A stretch of 64,000 nt of DNA from positions 62,001 to 126,000 of the forward strand of contig CM060733.1 of NCBI GenBank assembly GCA_030704615.1, written 5' to 3'. The notes below the pieces were generated by a model. It was not told the DNA's origin. It was given only the letters and a program-made list of their open reading frames with translations, and searched no databases. Numbering within the stretch: the stretch's first letter is position 1; every line of letters begins with the position of its first letter. Source of the stretch: Takakia lepidozioides (Eukaryota; Plantae; Bryophyta). A program made the position numbers and the translations under genes. This document shows positions 1 to 11,443 of this stretch, piece by piece.

Positions 1-15
1 GAAAGATTAAGGGAA

Positions 16-2120
16 TTGGTACAGGAAGAAGATCAATCACGAGGTGAAAGATCTGAGGTACATCCTTGGATAAAAGATTTGACAGAAATCTTTGATAAGA
101 GTTGGCATGGAACACCAAAAGCAGGAACTCCAGTTTCTGAAGCAGAAGGTGAAGAAGGAGAAGAGGATGTGGCAGAGCCAACGGAGAGTTCAGACTCTCC
201 AACACCATTACAGTTGAGTTACATGAGTGAAGAAGAAACCCAAGGGCAGAACTTGGAGGATGAAAACAGAGAGAAGAAATTGGAAGAGGAAGAATATGAA
301 GAAGTAGACCCAACAGCTGAGGTTGAGACTACAACCAGGACATCCCAACCCGTTGGACCTGGATCAAGTGGAGCACTTGGATCACAGGCCAACGAAGGTG
401 TCGGCTCAGGGGGATCAGGCGGGCTGCCTGGATCTGGCTCTGGGGGGACAGGGAGTGTGGGAAGTAGTGCAACTGAAGCTGGGAATACTGTGAATATCGT
501 GGGGCCAGAAGCAGGGAGTGCTCAAGGGCCACCACTTGGTGGAAGATCCACCACAAAAACAACAGGTCCAGAAGGACCAGCACCAGCAAGGGTGCCAGCA
601 CCTGTCAGTGGGCAGAAGGTAGGGCCACAGATGGCGTTACAACCAACACGGGCAAAACCACCCTTTCCAATATATTCAGGAAAAGGGGATCCCGATGTAC
701 ACATTAGCCAATTTGAGCACATGTGTATAGTGAACAATGAGAATGGCGATGATGCCAAGATGAGACTGTTTCCTTGTTCACTTATCAAGAAAGCAAGTGA
801 ATGGTATGCAAGATTCCCTGATAATCATTTCCTAACCTGGAATGGCTTGAATACAGCATTTCGAAATAGGTTCAGGACAAGTAAAACTGAGGATGAAGTG
901 TATGGAAGTTTACAACAGCTGAAGCAGAAGAAGCATGAAACTGTTGAAGAGTATATGGAGAAGATGGAATTGATGATGAAAAAGCTGGCTGCAGTACCAG
1001 CACCCGGTTTACAGAAGACTTGGTTTGTGAGTGGACTAAGACCAGAGTTGCAAAAGAAAGTGGATATGTTACCCCATAATACAGTGGAGGAGGCATTTGA
1101 AACTGCAAACAGAATTGAGCAATTGGGAATGCTCAGGAGAGAGAAAAAGAAGATGAGGACTCTGAGGATGAGTCAGATGAAGAAGAAGAGCAAGAACTAA
1201 AAAGAAAGAGTAAGAGAAAGGAGAAGTTGAAGAGGGATAACTATGAAAAAAAATTGGAAGAAATCTTGAAGAAGTATGCCACAGAGGCTGCAACACATTG
1301 GAGGAAGGGTGTATGGTGTGCAAAGTGCCAGAATGAAGGCCATACCACCACAGAATGCCACATGAAGGAGAAACACTGTACTATCTGTAAAATGGATAAC
1401 CATTCTACTGAGAATTGTTACTACAACAGAAGGACAGCTGCAAGAGAACCTAGGCAAGTAAGGGTGCATCAGGTGCAGCCCCAGCCAAGAAGAAACAATG
1501 ATCAGGACCACTATGGTAGGTCTGGTGGTTATAACAATGGCATGGAAGGGAGAGGTAATTCAAGAGGGAATTACCAAGGAAATTCCAGAGGCAACTATCA
1601 GGGTAATCCAAGGGGGAATTACCAGCCCGGGAATCAGGATTATAGAAATAATCCAAGAACAGACCAAGGGCGAGGACCCAATGGTGAAGAGCTATGTTAC
1701 TATTGTAATCAGCCAGGACATCGCAAGGCAGCCTGTTCATTCTGGATAAGACACCAGAATGAGATGAGAGCTCCTGTGAATGAGGGCCCAGTGGTGGCAG
1801 CTCACATGGTTAGGCCATGTGTTGTACCAGAAGTAAGTACAATGATAGTAACAAGAAGTAAAGCCAAACTAATACCTCCAGTAGAAGAGGAAGAAGATGA
1901 TAATGGAAGTGGCAATGATATGCCTGAAGATGAAGAGACTTGGAAAGATGAGAAGGAACTGCACAAGGAAGTGGCAGATACTATAAGGGAAATGCAAAAG
2001 AGTACTGATATTCCTGTGGCAGATTCCTCTGATTCGATGGAGAAAAAGAAGGGAGTGAGGAAGAAAGGAAGAAAGAAGATGCAGACATGCAAAGTAATGA
2101 AGAGACTTTGGCTGAAGTAA
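16..2120 (+). CDS. gag: Gag polyprotein (retrotransposon gag capsid domain plus three CCHC zinc knuckles), frameshifted near 1190-1227
   Basis: YSGKGDPDVHISQFE...RLFPCSL..ASEWY...LKQKKHETVEEY capsid motifs. Knuckles CAKCQNEGHTTTEC, CTICKMDNHSTENC and CYYCNQPGHRKAAC. GNSRGNYQ repeats. Confidence 0.9.
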
Positions 2121-2247
2121 TATGCCAGACCAAAGCAGAAATTACCATTGGACAGCTATTAGCTGTGGCACCTTATTGTAGGCACAGGCTGTATCAAGCA
2201 ATCAATCGAATTGCCCAGAGACAGGAAACACAGACCTGAACAGCAAG

Positions 2248-5200
2248 GTGACCAGTTATAATGTGAAGCCGGAAGGGCGAGAAACAGTCATGGACTTTGA
2301 TGATTCTATGCCAGTAATCCAATTGAGAATTGGAAGCACAGAACTAACTGATGTACTGATAGATGGAGGTTCTGGAGTAAATATCATGACAGACCAATTA
2401 AGGAAGAAGCTTGGTCTAAGTAACATGAAACCAGCCCCATTTACAGTAACAATGGCAGATCAAAGAAGTGTACAGCCATTGGGATTAATAAGAGGAGTTA
2501 AGATACAGATACAGAAGATGATCTTTATGATCACAGTAACTGTATTGAAATGGATGAAGTCATGGAGGCTTACTCCTTATTATTGGGACGTCCGTGGCTG
2601 AAACAGGCCAGGGTATTCCATGACTGGAATTCTCAGTTACTAACCGTGCATAATGGGATACACGAGATACAAATTACCACAAAGAAATCTAGTAGATTAC
2701 CTGCTACAAGAAGACCTCGAGGAGTCAGAGAGTATGACTGGAAAGGAGGACTGGATGAGGAGCAGGAAGCTACCCTATTTGCTGCACACCCAGAGTGGGA
2801 GCAGGTTGCAGAGATGCGGCTGGAAAGCCTAAGTTGTTTGAGAGGTATCTGCTGTGGTGTAGTGACAGCAACACCAACTGAAGAGGAAACCAGCATTTAC
2901 CCATCACATTTCTATGAAGAAAGAGAAGGAGAAATAGAAATCCTAGAAGAACCAGCCACTGTGAGCTTACAGGATGAAGTGGTGACTGGTTGGACAATCA
3001 CAGCTGATGAGCAGGTGAGGGAAGTGAATGTGGGAACTAAAGAGGAACCGAGGATGGTGAAAGTAGGAGCTGATTTGGAGCCGGAATTCTTCGAAGAAGC
3101 TAAAAGCTTGTTCATCAAATACAGAGATGTATTTGCTTGGAGCTATGAGGATCTAAAAGGGATACCACCTGAAGTCTGTCAGCATAAGATTGAACTGGAA
3201 CCAGGGTCAGTACCAATCAAGCAGGCGAGGTATAGAATGAATCCCAACTACGCACAGAAGGTTGGAGAAGAGATAAAGAAGTTGGCTGAGGCTAAGTTTA
3301 TATACCCAATAGAGTATACAACTTGGTTGTCACCCATTGTTATAGTTCCCAAGAAGAATGGCAAACTAAGAGTATGTGTGAACTATAAGAAGCTGAATGC
3401 TTGTACGAAGAAAGATCCTTTCCCTTTGCCATTCACAGAAGCAGTATTAGACACTGTGGCAGGCCATGAGATGTACTCATTCATGGATGGCTTCAGTGGT
3501 TATAATCAAGTGCAAGTGGCAGAAGAAGACCAAGGGAAAACAGCTTTCATCACAGACTGGGGGGCTTATGCATACAAAGTCATGCCCTTTGGACTTTGTA
3601 ATGCACCAGCGACCTTTCAGAGAGTGATAAGTGAATCTTTTCATGAGTATCTGGATGATTTCATGCAGGTATTCTTGGATGATTTCAGTGTGTACAGCTC
3701 TAAGAATGAGCACTTGCATAAATTGGAGTTATGTTTGGCCAGATGCAGGATGAGAGGTCTGGGCCTGAATCCAGAGAAGTGTACTTTCTGTGTGAACTCA
3801 GGGGTGCTTCTGGGACACATTGTGTGTAAGAAGGGACTCCTTGTGGATCCCAGAAAGACAGAGTCCATTAAAGCCTCTCCACCACCAGTGAATGTTAAAA
3901 GTCTACGGAGATTCCTTGGGCAAACCAGTTATTACAGGAGATTTGTCAAAAGGTATGCACAAATAGCAGCACCATTGAGCAAACTACTGAAGAAAGATGC
4001 AGTGTTTGCCTGGACAGCTGAATGTCAACAGGCGTTTGAGGAACTTACACTGTCAGTAACAACTACACCTGTGCTGATTAACCCTCACTGGCATGTAGTA
4101 TTCCATGTTCACTGCGATGCATCAGGAGAAGCGTTGGGAGCGGTGTTAGCCCAGAATGTTACAGGGAATATAGATTCACCTGTGTACTATGCTAGCCGGT
4201 TGATGAACAGTGCTGAAAGGAACTATAGCACAACGGAAAGAGAAGCATTGGCAATGATCTATGCAGTGAAGAAATTCAGGCATTACCTGTTGGGCAAGAA
4301 GTTTATGTTCTATGTGGATCACCAGGCTCTGATATACCTGGTAAACAAACCTCTGATAAGCGGAAGAATAGCAAGATGGTTGATAATCTTGCACGAGTTT
4401 GAGTTCGAGGTTGTTTACAAGCCTGGGAGACTGCATCTTGTGGCGGATCATTTGTCACGATTATCAACAGGAGAACCAGCCACAGGAATAGATGATCAAT
4501 TACCAGATGCGAGTCTCTTTGCAGTGGAGGTGCAGGGAAGTGCAGATGACTGGTTAGATTGGCAGTGGCCAATCAGATACTACCTTGCTCATGGTCAGTG
4601 CCCACCTAGTTATGGTAAGGAGCAGAGGAAGAGAATCGCTATCAAAGCTTTACCTTATACTATGGTAGGAAGCAGAATGTATAAGTTAGGACCTGATGGA
4701 GTACTAAAACGATGCTTGTACCACCATGAAGTAAATAAAGTTTTGGCGGAAGTTCATAAAGGAGTGGCTGGAGGTCATTTTGGAGAAGAGACTACCAGTA
4801 GGAAGATACTACTCGCAGGATACTGGTGGCCTACTTTGTTCAAAGATGTACACGAGTATTGTCAGAAGTGTGATGAATGTCAGAGGCTAGGACCTTTGCA
4901 GAGATCTGGAAGGATGGCCTTGCATCCTACAATGCCTACGGAACCATTTCAGAAATGGGGACTAGACTTTGTTGGACCAATTAACCCACCATCCAAGAAT
5001 ACACGAAACAGGTACATAATTACAGCCACTGATTATACTACAAAGTGGGTGGAAGCTAAAGCTTTGAGGGACAACACAGCCAAGTCCACAGCAAGGTTCC
5101 TGTACGAGAACATACTTACACGATTTGGCTGTCCCTTAGAATTTATCAGTGATCAGGGAAGTCACTTCATGAATGAGACCATTGAGTTGTTGACTAAAGA

Positions 5201-5800
5201 GTTCATGATTGTGCATAGAAAGAGTACAACATATTACCCACAGGGTAATGGGCAGGCAGAGGCTACCAACAAAATACTATGTACTATCTTGGCTAAGATA
5301 GTCAATGCAAACAGAACGGATTGGGATACAAAGCTGCTGACAGCTTTGTGGTCATACAGGACTTCATATAAAGTCACCACTAAGTATACACCATTCCAAT
5401 TAGTTTATGGTATGGAAGCCTTACTTCCAGTGGAATTCCTGTTACCTACCATGAGAACGGAGTGGGGAAAGAGAATGGAATTGCAAGACTCCATCAAGGT
5501 CAGGAAACATGAATTATACCATGTGGAAGAAGTACGTGCTGATGCAGCTGATAATATGACCAGAATTCAGATGAAGCGAAAGGAACAGTTTGATGAAGGC
5601 AAGTTAAAGACTTTTAAGACGGGGGATTTGGTTCTATGGTTGCAGAAGAAAGGAAAGATTCAAGCTTCTAAGCTTAAATCACCATGGAAAGGACCTTATG
5701 TCATACAAAAGATGTATGATAACAACACCGCCATGTTACAAACCATTAACAAAGAAATGCTGGGAAGAGTCAATGCCAATAAGTTGAAGGGGTACAGTGG
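2248..5800 (+). CDS. pol: Pol: aspartic protease, reverse transcriptase, RNase H, integrase (frameshift near 2550); frame stays open downstream
   Basis: LIDGGSGVN (protease); MDGFSGYNQ, MPFGLCNAPATFQR and FLDDF (RT); CDASG and YSTTEREAL (RH); H-H-C-C zinc finger, WGLDFVGP, SDQGSHF, YPQGNGQAE and WKGPY (INT). Confidence 0.95.
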
Positions 5801-5936
5801 TATCCATGACAAACCCTTGCAGCATGATTTGCATGTTGAACCGCAAGAGCAGTCACGGGCTGCACCAGTGTTACGAACGGAGTATGGAGCACTTGTCGCT
5901 AGGCCCAGCATATATGACCAGGGCGGGCAAAACAAA

Positions 5937-6150
5937 CGTGACACAGCCTATCACAGCCCATCAAGGCAAAGCACAGCCTATCACAGCCCATCACGACGTG
6001 ACACAGCCTATCACAGCCCATCAAGGCAAAGCACAACCTATCACAGCCCATCACAACGTGACACAGCCTATCACAGCCTACCACAGCGTGTCACAGCCTA
6101 TCACAGCGTAACACAGTATGACACAGCCTGTCACAGCTCAACACAGCCTA
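5937..6150 (+). repeat. 30-bp tandem repeat with CACAGCC core, about 7 degenerating units
   Basis: Repeated GACACAGCCTATCACAGCCCATCA...; translates in frame as TAYHSPSRQS / TAYHSPSRRD. Confidence 0.9.
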
Positions 6151-6623
6151 CTAGGGTTACACGATCCATAGAATCAGTGACAGGTGGACGCATAATAACT
6201 TCAGGAAAATGGCTGACGGAAGAGAAAACGGAAATTAGTTTAAAAATAGACACGTGGAGGTCAGGGCGCGACACACAGCTGAGAAGGAAGTGCAAGAACA
6301 GGTGTCATAAAGAAAGAGGACAAGAACGGCCGTCAAAAGGGATGAAAGGCGGGCCCATTAATGAATACGGAAAAAGGGAAACGGAACGAACGGCAAGTAC
6401 AGAAAAGCGAAATTCTTGTCACATGTGTGATCCTAGTGGACTATCCAGCAGGGAAAGTCCACTAAAGAAAATAAAATCTAAAATCCAGTCACAGCGGATA
6501 CAGCCAATAGAAAACCAGAGAAAGGATCAAGAAAATGGAGGGAAATTGAGCGCAAGAGGCGGCGTCGTTCTGAGTAACGGGCGTCTCGACGGGACAGACC
6601 ATCAATGCTATAGCTTGGAAACT

Positions 6624-9600
6624 ATGGAGGAACTAACAGACTATACGCTCGCAATATTACTTACGCAGTGGCATAGACACGAAAGGACAGAGCGGAGCTT
6701 TTCTCTTGAGCGATGCTTGCAAGCCCCGCAGGCTTACAAGAAATTACCCATAGCTTTCTGTGGCAACCATACGTTTATGCTTTGTGCACTACAGGCATTC
6801 CTGCAGTTGTTACAGCCAAAACAGTTCTGTGAGTCTAAAATGAAGAGAGTGAGAGGAATGGAGGAAATCAGGGTGAAGAGCACCACAATTCTGCAGAAAC
6901 AAACGATTGCTACCCCACAGGCGATACAGATACTGGAGGAGCTGAGATTGCAAGGATTGCAAAGCCTAGATTGGACATTACACCATAGACAGTACATGTT
7001 ACAATTTTTGCAGAACTTTGAGCCAAGGACAGGAACAACAACGGTGAAGGGAGTTGAATTGATGATTACTCCCCTATACCTCCAGCAATTGTTTCGATTG
7101 CCAGCAGGTCAGGTGCATGTGGAGGAACACAGGGCAAGACTGCAAATAGGGGACTTATTCCAAGAAGGGAGTTTCTTTAAAACTCAGGGTTATGCTTGTA
7201 CCAAGGCTGTGTACCCAGGGCTAAAAGAGGTAGGCCAGGTATTGAACGTTCTGATTGCCATGAAACAGAACCAACAGTATTTGAGCAGATCCTTCACGGA
7301 GGAAATACTCAAAGGCCTGAAGGGACAAGAGGTACAATGGGCGGACATAATGTACAACGCACTGGTGGAGGAGATGAAAAGATTACAAGGTACTACCGCA
7401 AAGTCTCCTATCATAGTGTCTGGCCCAATCATTGCTCAAATAATCCTTGATTCTGGCATACTTGATGCGCAAGAAAGAAAGGAAATGGGAGTGTTTGAGC
7501 CAGAAACCACTGCAATGGAAGAGCAAGGCTCTTCACACAGTGAGGGTGGACTAGCAGGGCAACCCGAGACTAAGAGGCAGAGACGGGGAAAGACTGTAGT
7601 GGCGGATCCACTGGCTTCACGGATTCCGCATGATAATGTTTCCCAAGCTCATGGCCAGGAAGGGGCACAGCAGCACAGAGAAATGCTATTACTGGAAGCA
7701 GGACCTTCAGAGAGGGAGGAGGAAGTTACTTCTGTATCACAACCATCACAGCCAGCTGATCGACTTGTCACAAGGTCACAAGTTGTCCATGCAGCTCAAC
7801 CAAAATAATTGATTTGGAAAGAGAAGGGTTAGATATTCCAACTACAGAACAGATAGTGGCAGAAATGGAGAAGGGGGACCTTCTCTATGAATATTCTGGT
7901 CTGGTCAAGGAGACAGAGATCCCAGAGGTGCAACAGTTGCCCAAGGGAAATCCTGAGGTGCATATAATACACACACCTGTGTCGGAGGTACCACAGGCGG
8001 AAGGTCATGACACTGTAGCACCGGTGATAGATGAAGTGGTTCAGGAAGAAAATCCGGTGGGACAATGGCCTGAATGGTTCGTGAGACATCACACTGTTGA
8101 GGATCAGGAGGAACAGCAGCAACCTCACCATGATGACCCTCAACAGGCAATGCTGATGAGTTCCATAGGCAGGACACTTAATTTGTTGGGGACTTATGTC
8201 AAATCCCATGTTCCAACTACCCAATTGACAGCCTTGAGAGAGGAACTCAGGAAGGAGTTTGAGGCTCGACTAGCCACTGAGTGTGCAAACAAGGTCGATG
8301 AAGAGGTCACTCTCAAGATGCAGCAGGACTTGGGAAATACAGAAGCGGCTTTGCAATTGGCCAAGGAACAATTGATTGAGGCAGGCCTCGCGCAAGACCA
8401 GTTGCACGAAGCACATAAGCAACAGCTATACCAAATGCAGGTGCAGCATGAAAGCAAGTTGCAAGAAGTGAATGCACTACATACGGAGTTGCAGACAGTG
8501 CATGACAGGATGGCGATACAATGTGCTACATTCACAACTATGCTTGAACAATCTACAAAAGAAATAAACAGTCAAGCGGAAAAATGTACGAAGGCAGAAG
8601 AGAGAATGTTGAGCAATTAAACTCATTGTCGATATGAAGAATACAATCTGTCGCAATGAGGATGCTTTCAAGCAATACAGGCAGGTTGAAGCTGATCAAG
8701 AGAAGCACATCGTGGAGTTGCAACAAACGATCATGGCCAATAGAAATGAAATCGCGGTCAATAACAAGGCTTGGAGGGAAGCTAATAATCTGGCTGCTGC
8801 CTATGCGAAGTTGGTTGAACCTCAGGCGAAGCGCATGGAGGCTTTACAACAGCAGTTAGAAGTGTACAAGCTAAGAGAGGAGCAAACTCTCAGGGGAACC
8901 ACAAGCAACTTGGTGGATAACAGCCTTATGCAGGTCTGGTTAGCACAAGGGCCAGTAGAGGGCAAAGCACCACGAAAGCTCACCCAAAGCGAGATGAATG
9001 AGCTCAGGCTGCAGGTGCAGAACATTGCCACAACTACTATAGACAATGTCTATAGTAGGATAGCAGAGTTACAAGAGGATGTAGACGGACTGCAGACTCA
9101 AGTGGAGGACCTCACTTCAAACATCGACAAAAGAGTCTATATCCCTCAGGAACAGCTAATGGCTTCTTATTTACAAGCCAGAACTTTGGCTTTTCAGTCT
9201 TCACAGGAGGTGCAGGAGATGCCAATGATACAAGAGCCAGTACCACCACCACCACAACAAGTCACTGTACCAGTAGCTGAACCTGTGGTTACTACAACCA
9301 CACCACAGCCACCACAGCCTGAGGTATGGGGCAATGCAGCTTTTAACCCACCTAAAACTCCAGCTGCAAGGGAGTACAGTAGGGCTATGATTATGCCCTT
9401 CAACCAAATTCCCATCATGTTGGATTTGGCTTGGAAAGAATTTAGTCCTCCGCAGTCATTCGCACATTACTACCAAATCATGCGTATTGGCTGCCAGTGG
9501 CAACTAGGACTAAAGTTCTTCCGAACAATCGACAATTGAGGATCATCACTTTGCACAATACTGGCACGAGGCAGGTACCATGTTGAGGGAATTAATTGCT

Positions 9601-10386
9601 TTCCAGGTTGTACATGGACTCATTTATACCAAGACCAAGGAGGTAGCAAGTATTGTCATGGGATGCGGGTTATACTACGCTGCTTGTTTTCTGGTACGTT
9701 ATCACATTGAGCAACAAAAGATGCAAACACGCTTTCTGAGTTATTCCAGTGGAGATCATTGGGTATTACCTTCGGTGCCACCTCATATGTACCTATATGA
9801 CCCAAAAGTTATGATGCAAAAGGATTCTCAAATTCGTTCATGGTTTCAAGCGGCCTGGAACAATTTGTCAACACAGAAATTCGGCATTGATGATATTTTC
9901 TATAAGGGACATGTGGCATGGAAATACTTGCACGCTGCACCAGTAATTGGTACCCCACTCACCTGGACAGACAAGGAGCTCAGTGTCTACACCAATTTTG
10001 CTGTTCAGCGGTTACACCAAGTTGTAAAATATAAACTTCCAGACATGGTAGGACAGCATTGTATGCCCCAGATGATTCCACAAAAAGTTCGAAAATTAAA
10101 ACACCTGAGAGGCGATGAGGATTCTGATACAACTGTTTCTTCACCGAATTCTTTTGACATGGGAGAAGACTATGCAATTCAGATGGCAGAGAAGAAGCGA
10201 CGGGGGTCTCCTATGCCGGAAAGGTTACCTCGATATCAGCCTCCAGAGGGCCTCACTTATCCAGGTAGTGACCAACCATCTCCGTCAACCAGAGACAGAC
10301 CTCGGGCTCGTACACACAGTCCGCCAAGAAACTCTCAACGTCAAAAAGGTGCTCACTCACAAAGGTTTGCTAATCGAAATCAGTAA
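6624..10386 (+). CDS. Additional sense 3' ORF of the retroelement (~1250 aa if frameshifts near 7808, 8620 and 9540 are joined): putative plant-transposon-protein-like N-terminus, coiled coil, unknown C-terminal domain
   Basis: Four abutting long ORFs join by small indels (QPK-IIDLE; TI-EDHHFAQYWHEAG). QFLQNF...TTVKGVELMITPLYLQQLFRLP resembles the Transposase_32/PMD-like motif of Athila/Tat extra ORFs. Heptad-rich region at 8230-9130. Confidence 0.7.
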
Positions 10387-10407
10387 ACCGTGAGGACACG
10401 GCTTTTT

Positions 10408-10425
10408 GAGGGGGGAAAAGGGTAA
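10408..10425 (+). promoter_or_regulatory. Polypurine tract of retroelement 1
   Basis: GAGGGGGGAAAAGGGTAA immediately before the LTR start TGTTAG. Confidence 0.85.
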
Positions 10426-11443
10426 TGTTAGAGGACTGTCTGGGACTTAGACACTTAACGGGATCTGTAGGGTACCCTTAATTTTTGCACAAACTGAGAC
10501 CAACAGGAGCCTTAGGGGTGACAGCAGCGCACTGTAGAGGGGGGTTACACAGCCCGTCACAGTAGTCACAGCCGACACAGCCAACACAGCCCGTCACAGT
10601 CGTCACAGCCGACACAGCCAACACAGCCCGTTACAGTCATCACAGCCGACACAGCCAACACAGCCCGTCACAGTCGTCACAGCAGACACAGCCGACACAG
10701 CCCGACAGAGCCGACACAGCCACACAGCCAGTCACAGCCCGACACAGCCAAACACAGTCGCACAGCCAGTCACAGCCCGTCACAGTTTCACACAGCCAGT
10801 CACAGCTTGACACAGCTGTCACGATCATAGGGAACGGAGAGCAGGACAGGGAACGACTGTGGGGAACAACACCTGCGAAGGGAACATGTTAGTTCACAGA
10901 CGACGGTTAGTGAGGGAAACGGTTAGAACCACGGGTAGGAAGATAAAGGGAGAAGCGGGGAATTGGGGGGATATCATTCGGTGGAGGACTTCTTAGTGAG
11001 GGAGGAGAGGGGATCGGGCAGAGATGAAGAACGGAAGTGAAGATAGAGAGATGATGAGTAGATGCTTGTTATATGGCTGTAATGATATTGTAGAGCAGAT
11101 TAGAGACACAATGGCTTCGGCCTGATACCTGATAAATCATAATCGGATATTTTTACGATACAATCACACTGTGTAGAGAGATCTGAGTGAAGCTGTGGAA
11201 TGAATGGATGAGTTGATGGAATCCAATAGATTGATAAAGCAAACTGATACTTAATTAACAATGGTAAGGTAGCTAACATGAATGCCAAAAGGGAAACAAA
11301 TAGGAAACACCCCCATGATACACTAGCTGTAGGTCATGACTGATTGTTCTGCGCGGGCTGAGTACTTAGAGATTTCCAACTCTTCTATCTTGGAGTTTCC
11401 GCCTCAAATAGCGAAGGGATGGGTGAGTAAATGCCGCGCGACA
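10426..11443 (+). repeat. 3' LTR (~1018 bp) containing a CACAGCC minisatellite at ~10546-10822
   Basis: Starts TGTT after the PPT and ends GACA at the junction with the flanking repeat. Confidence 0.85.

Larger units (their letters stand above)
1..11443 (+). mobile_element. Ty3/Gypsy LTR retrotransposon, non-chromovirus (Athila/Phygy-like), 5' part outside window
   Basis: Domain order gag-PR-RT-RH-INT with no chromodomain, plus an extra 3' ORF, a polypurine tract and a TG...CA LTR. It ends exactly where the 3.48-kb flanking repeat resumes (ATATG at 11444, probable 5-bp TSD; the uninterrupted copies read TCATG-ATATG). Confidence 0.93.

Noticed and set aside
6624-10386. Retroviral-type env gene
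   Set aside because: No signal peptide or convincing transmembrane anchor; it looks like a soluble coiled-coil accessory protein.
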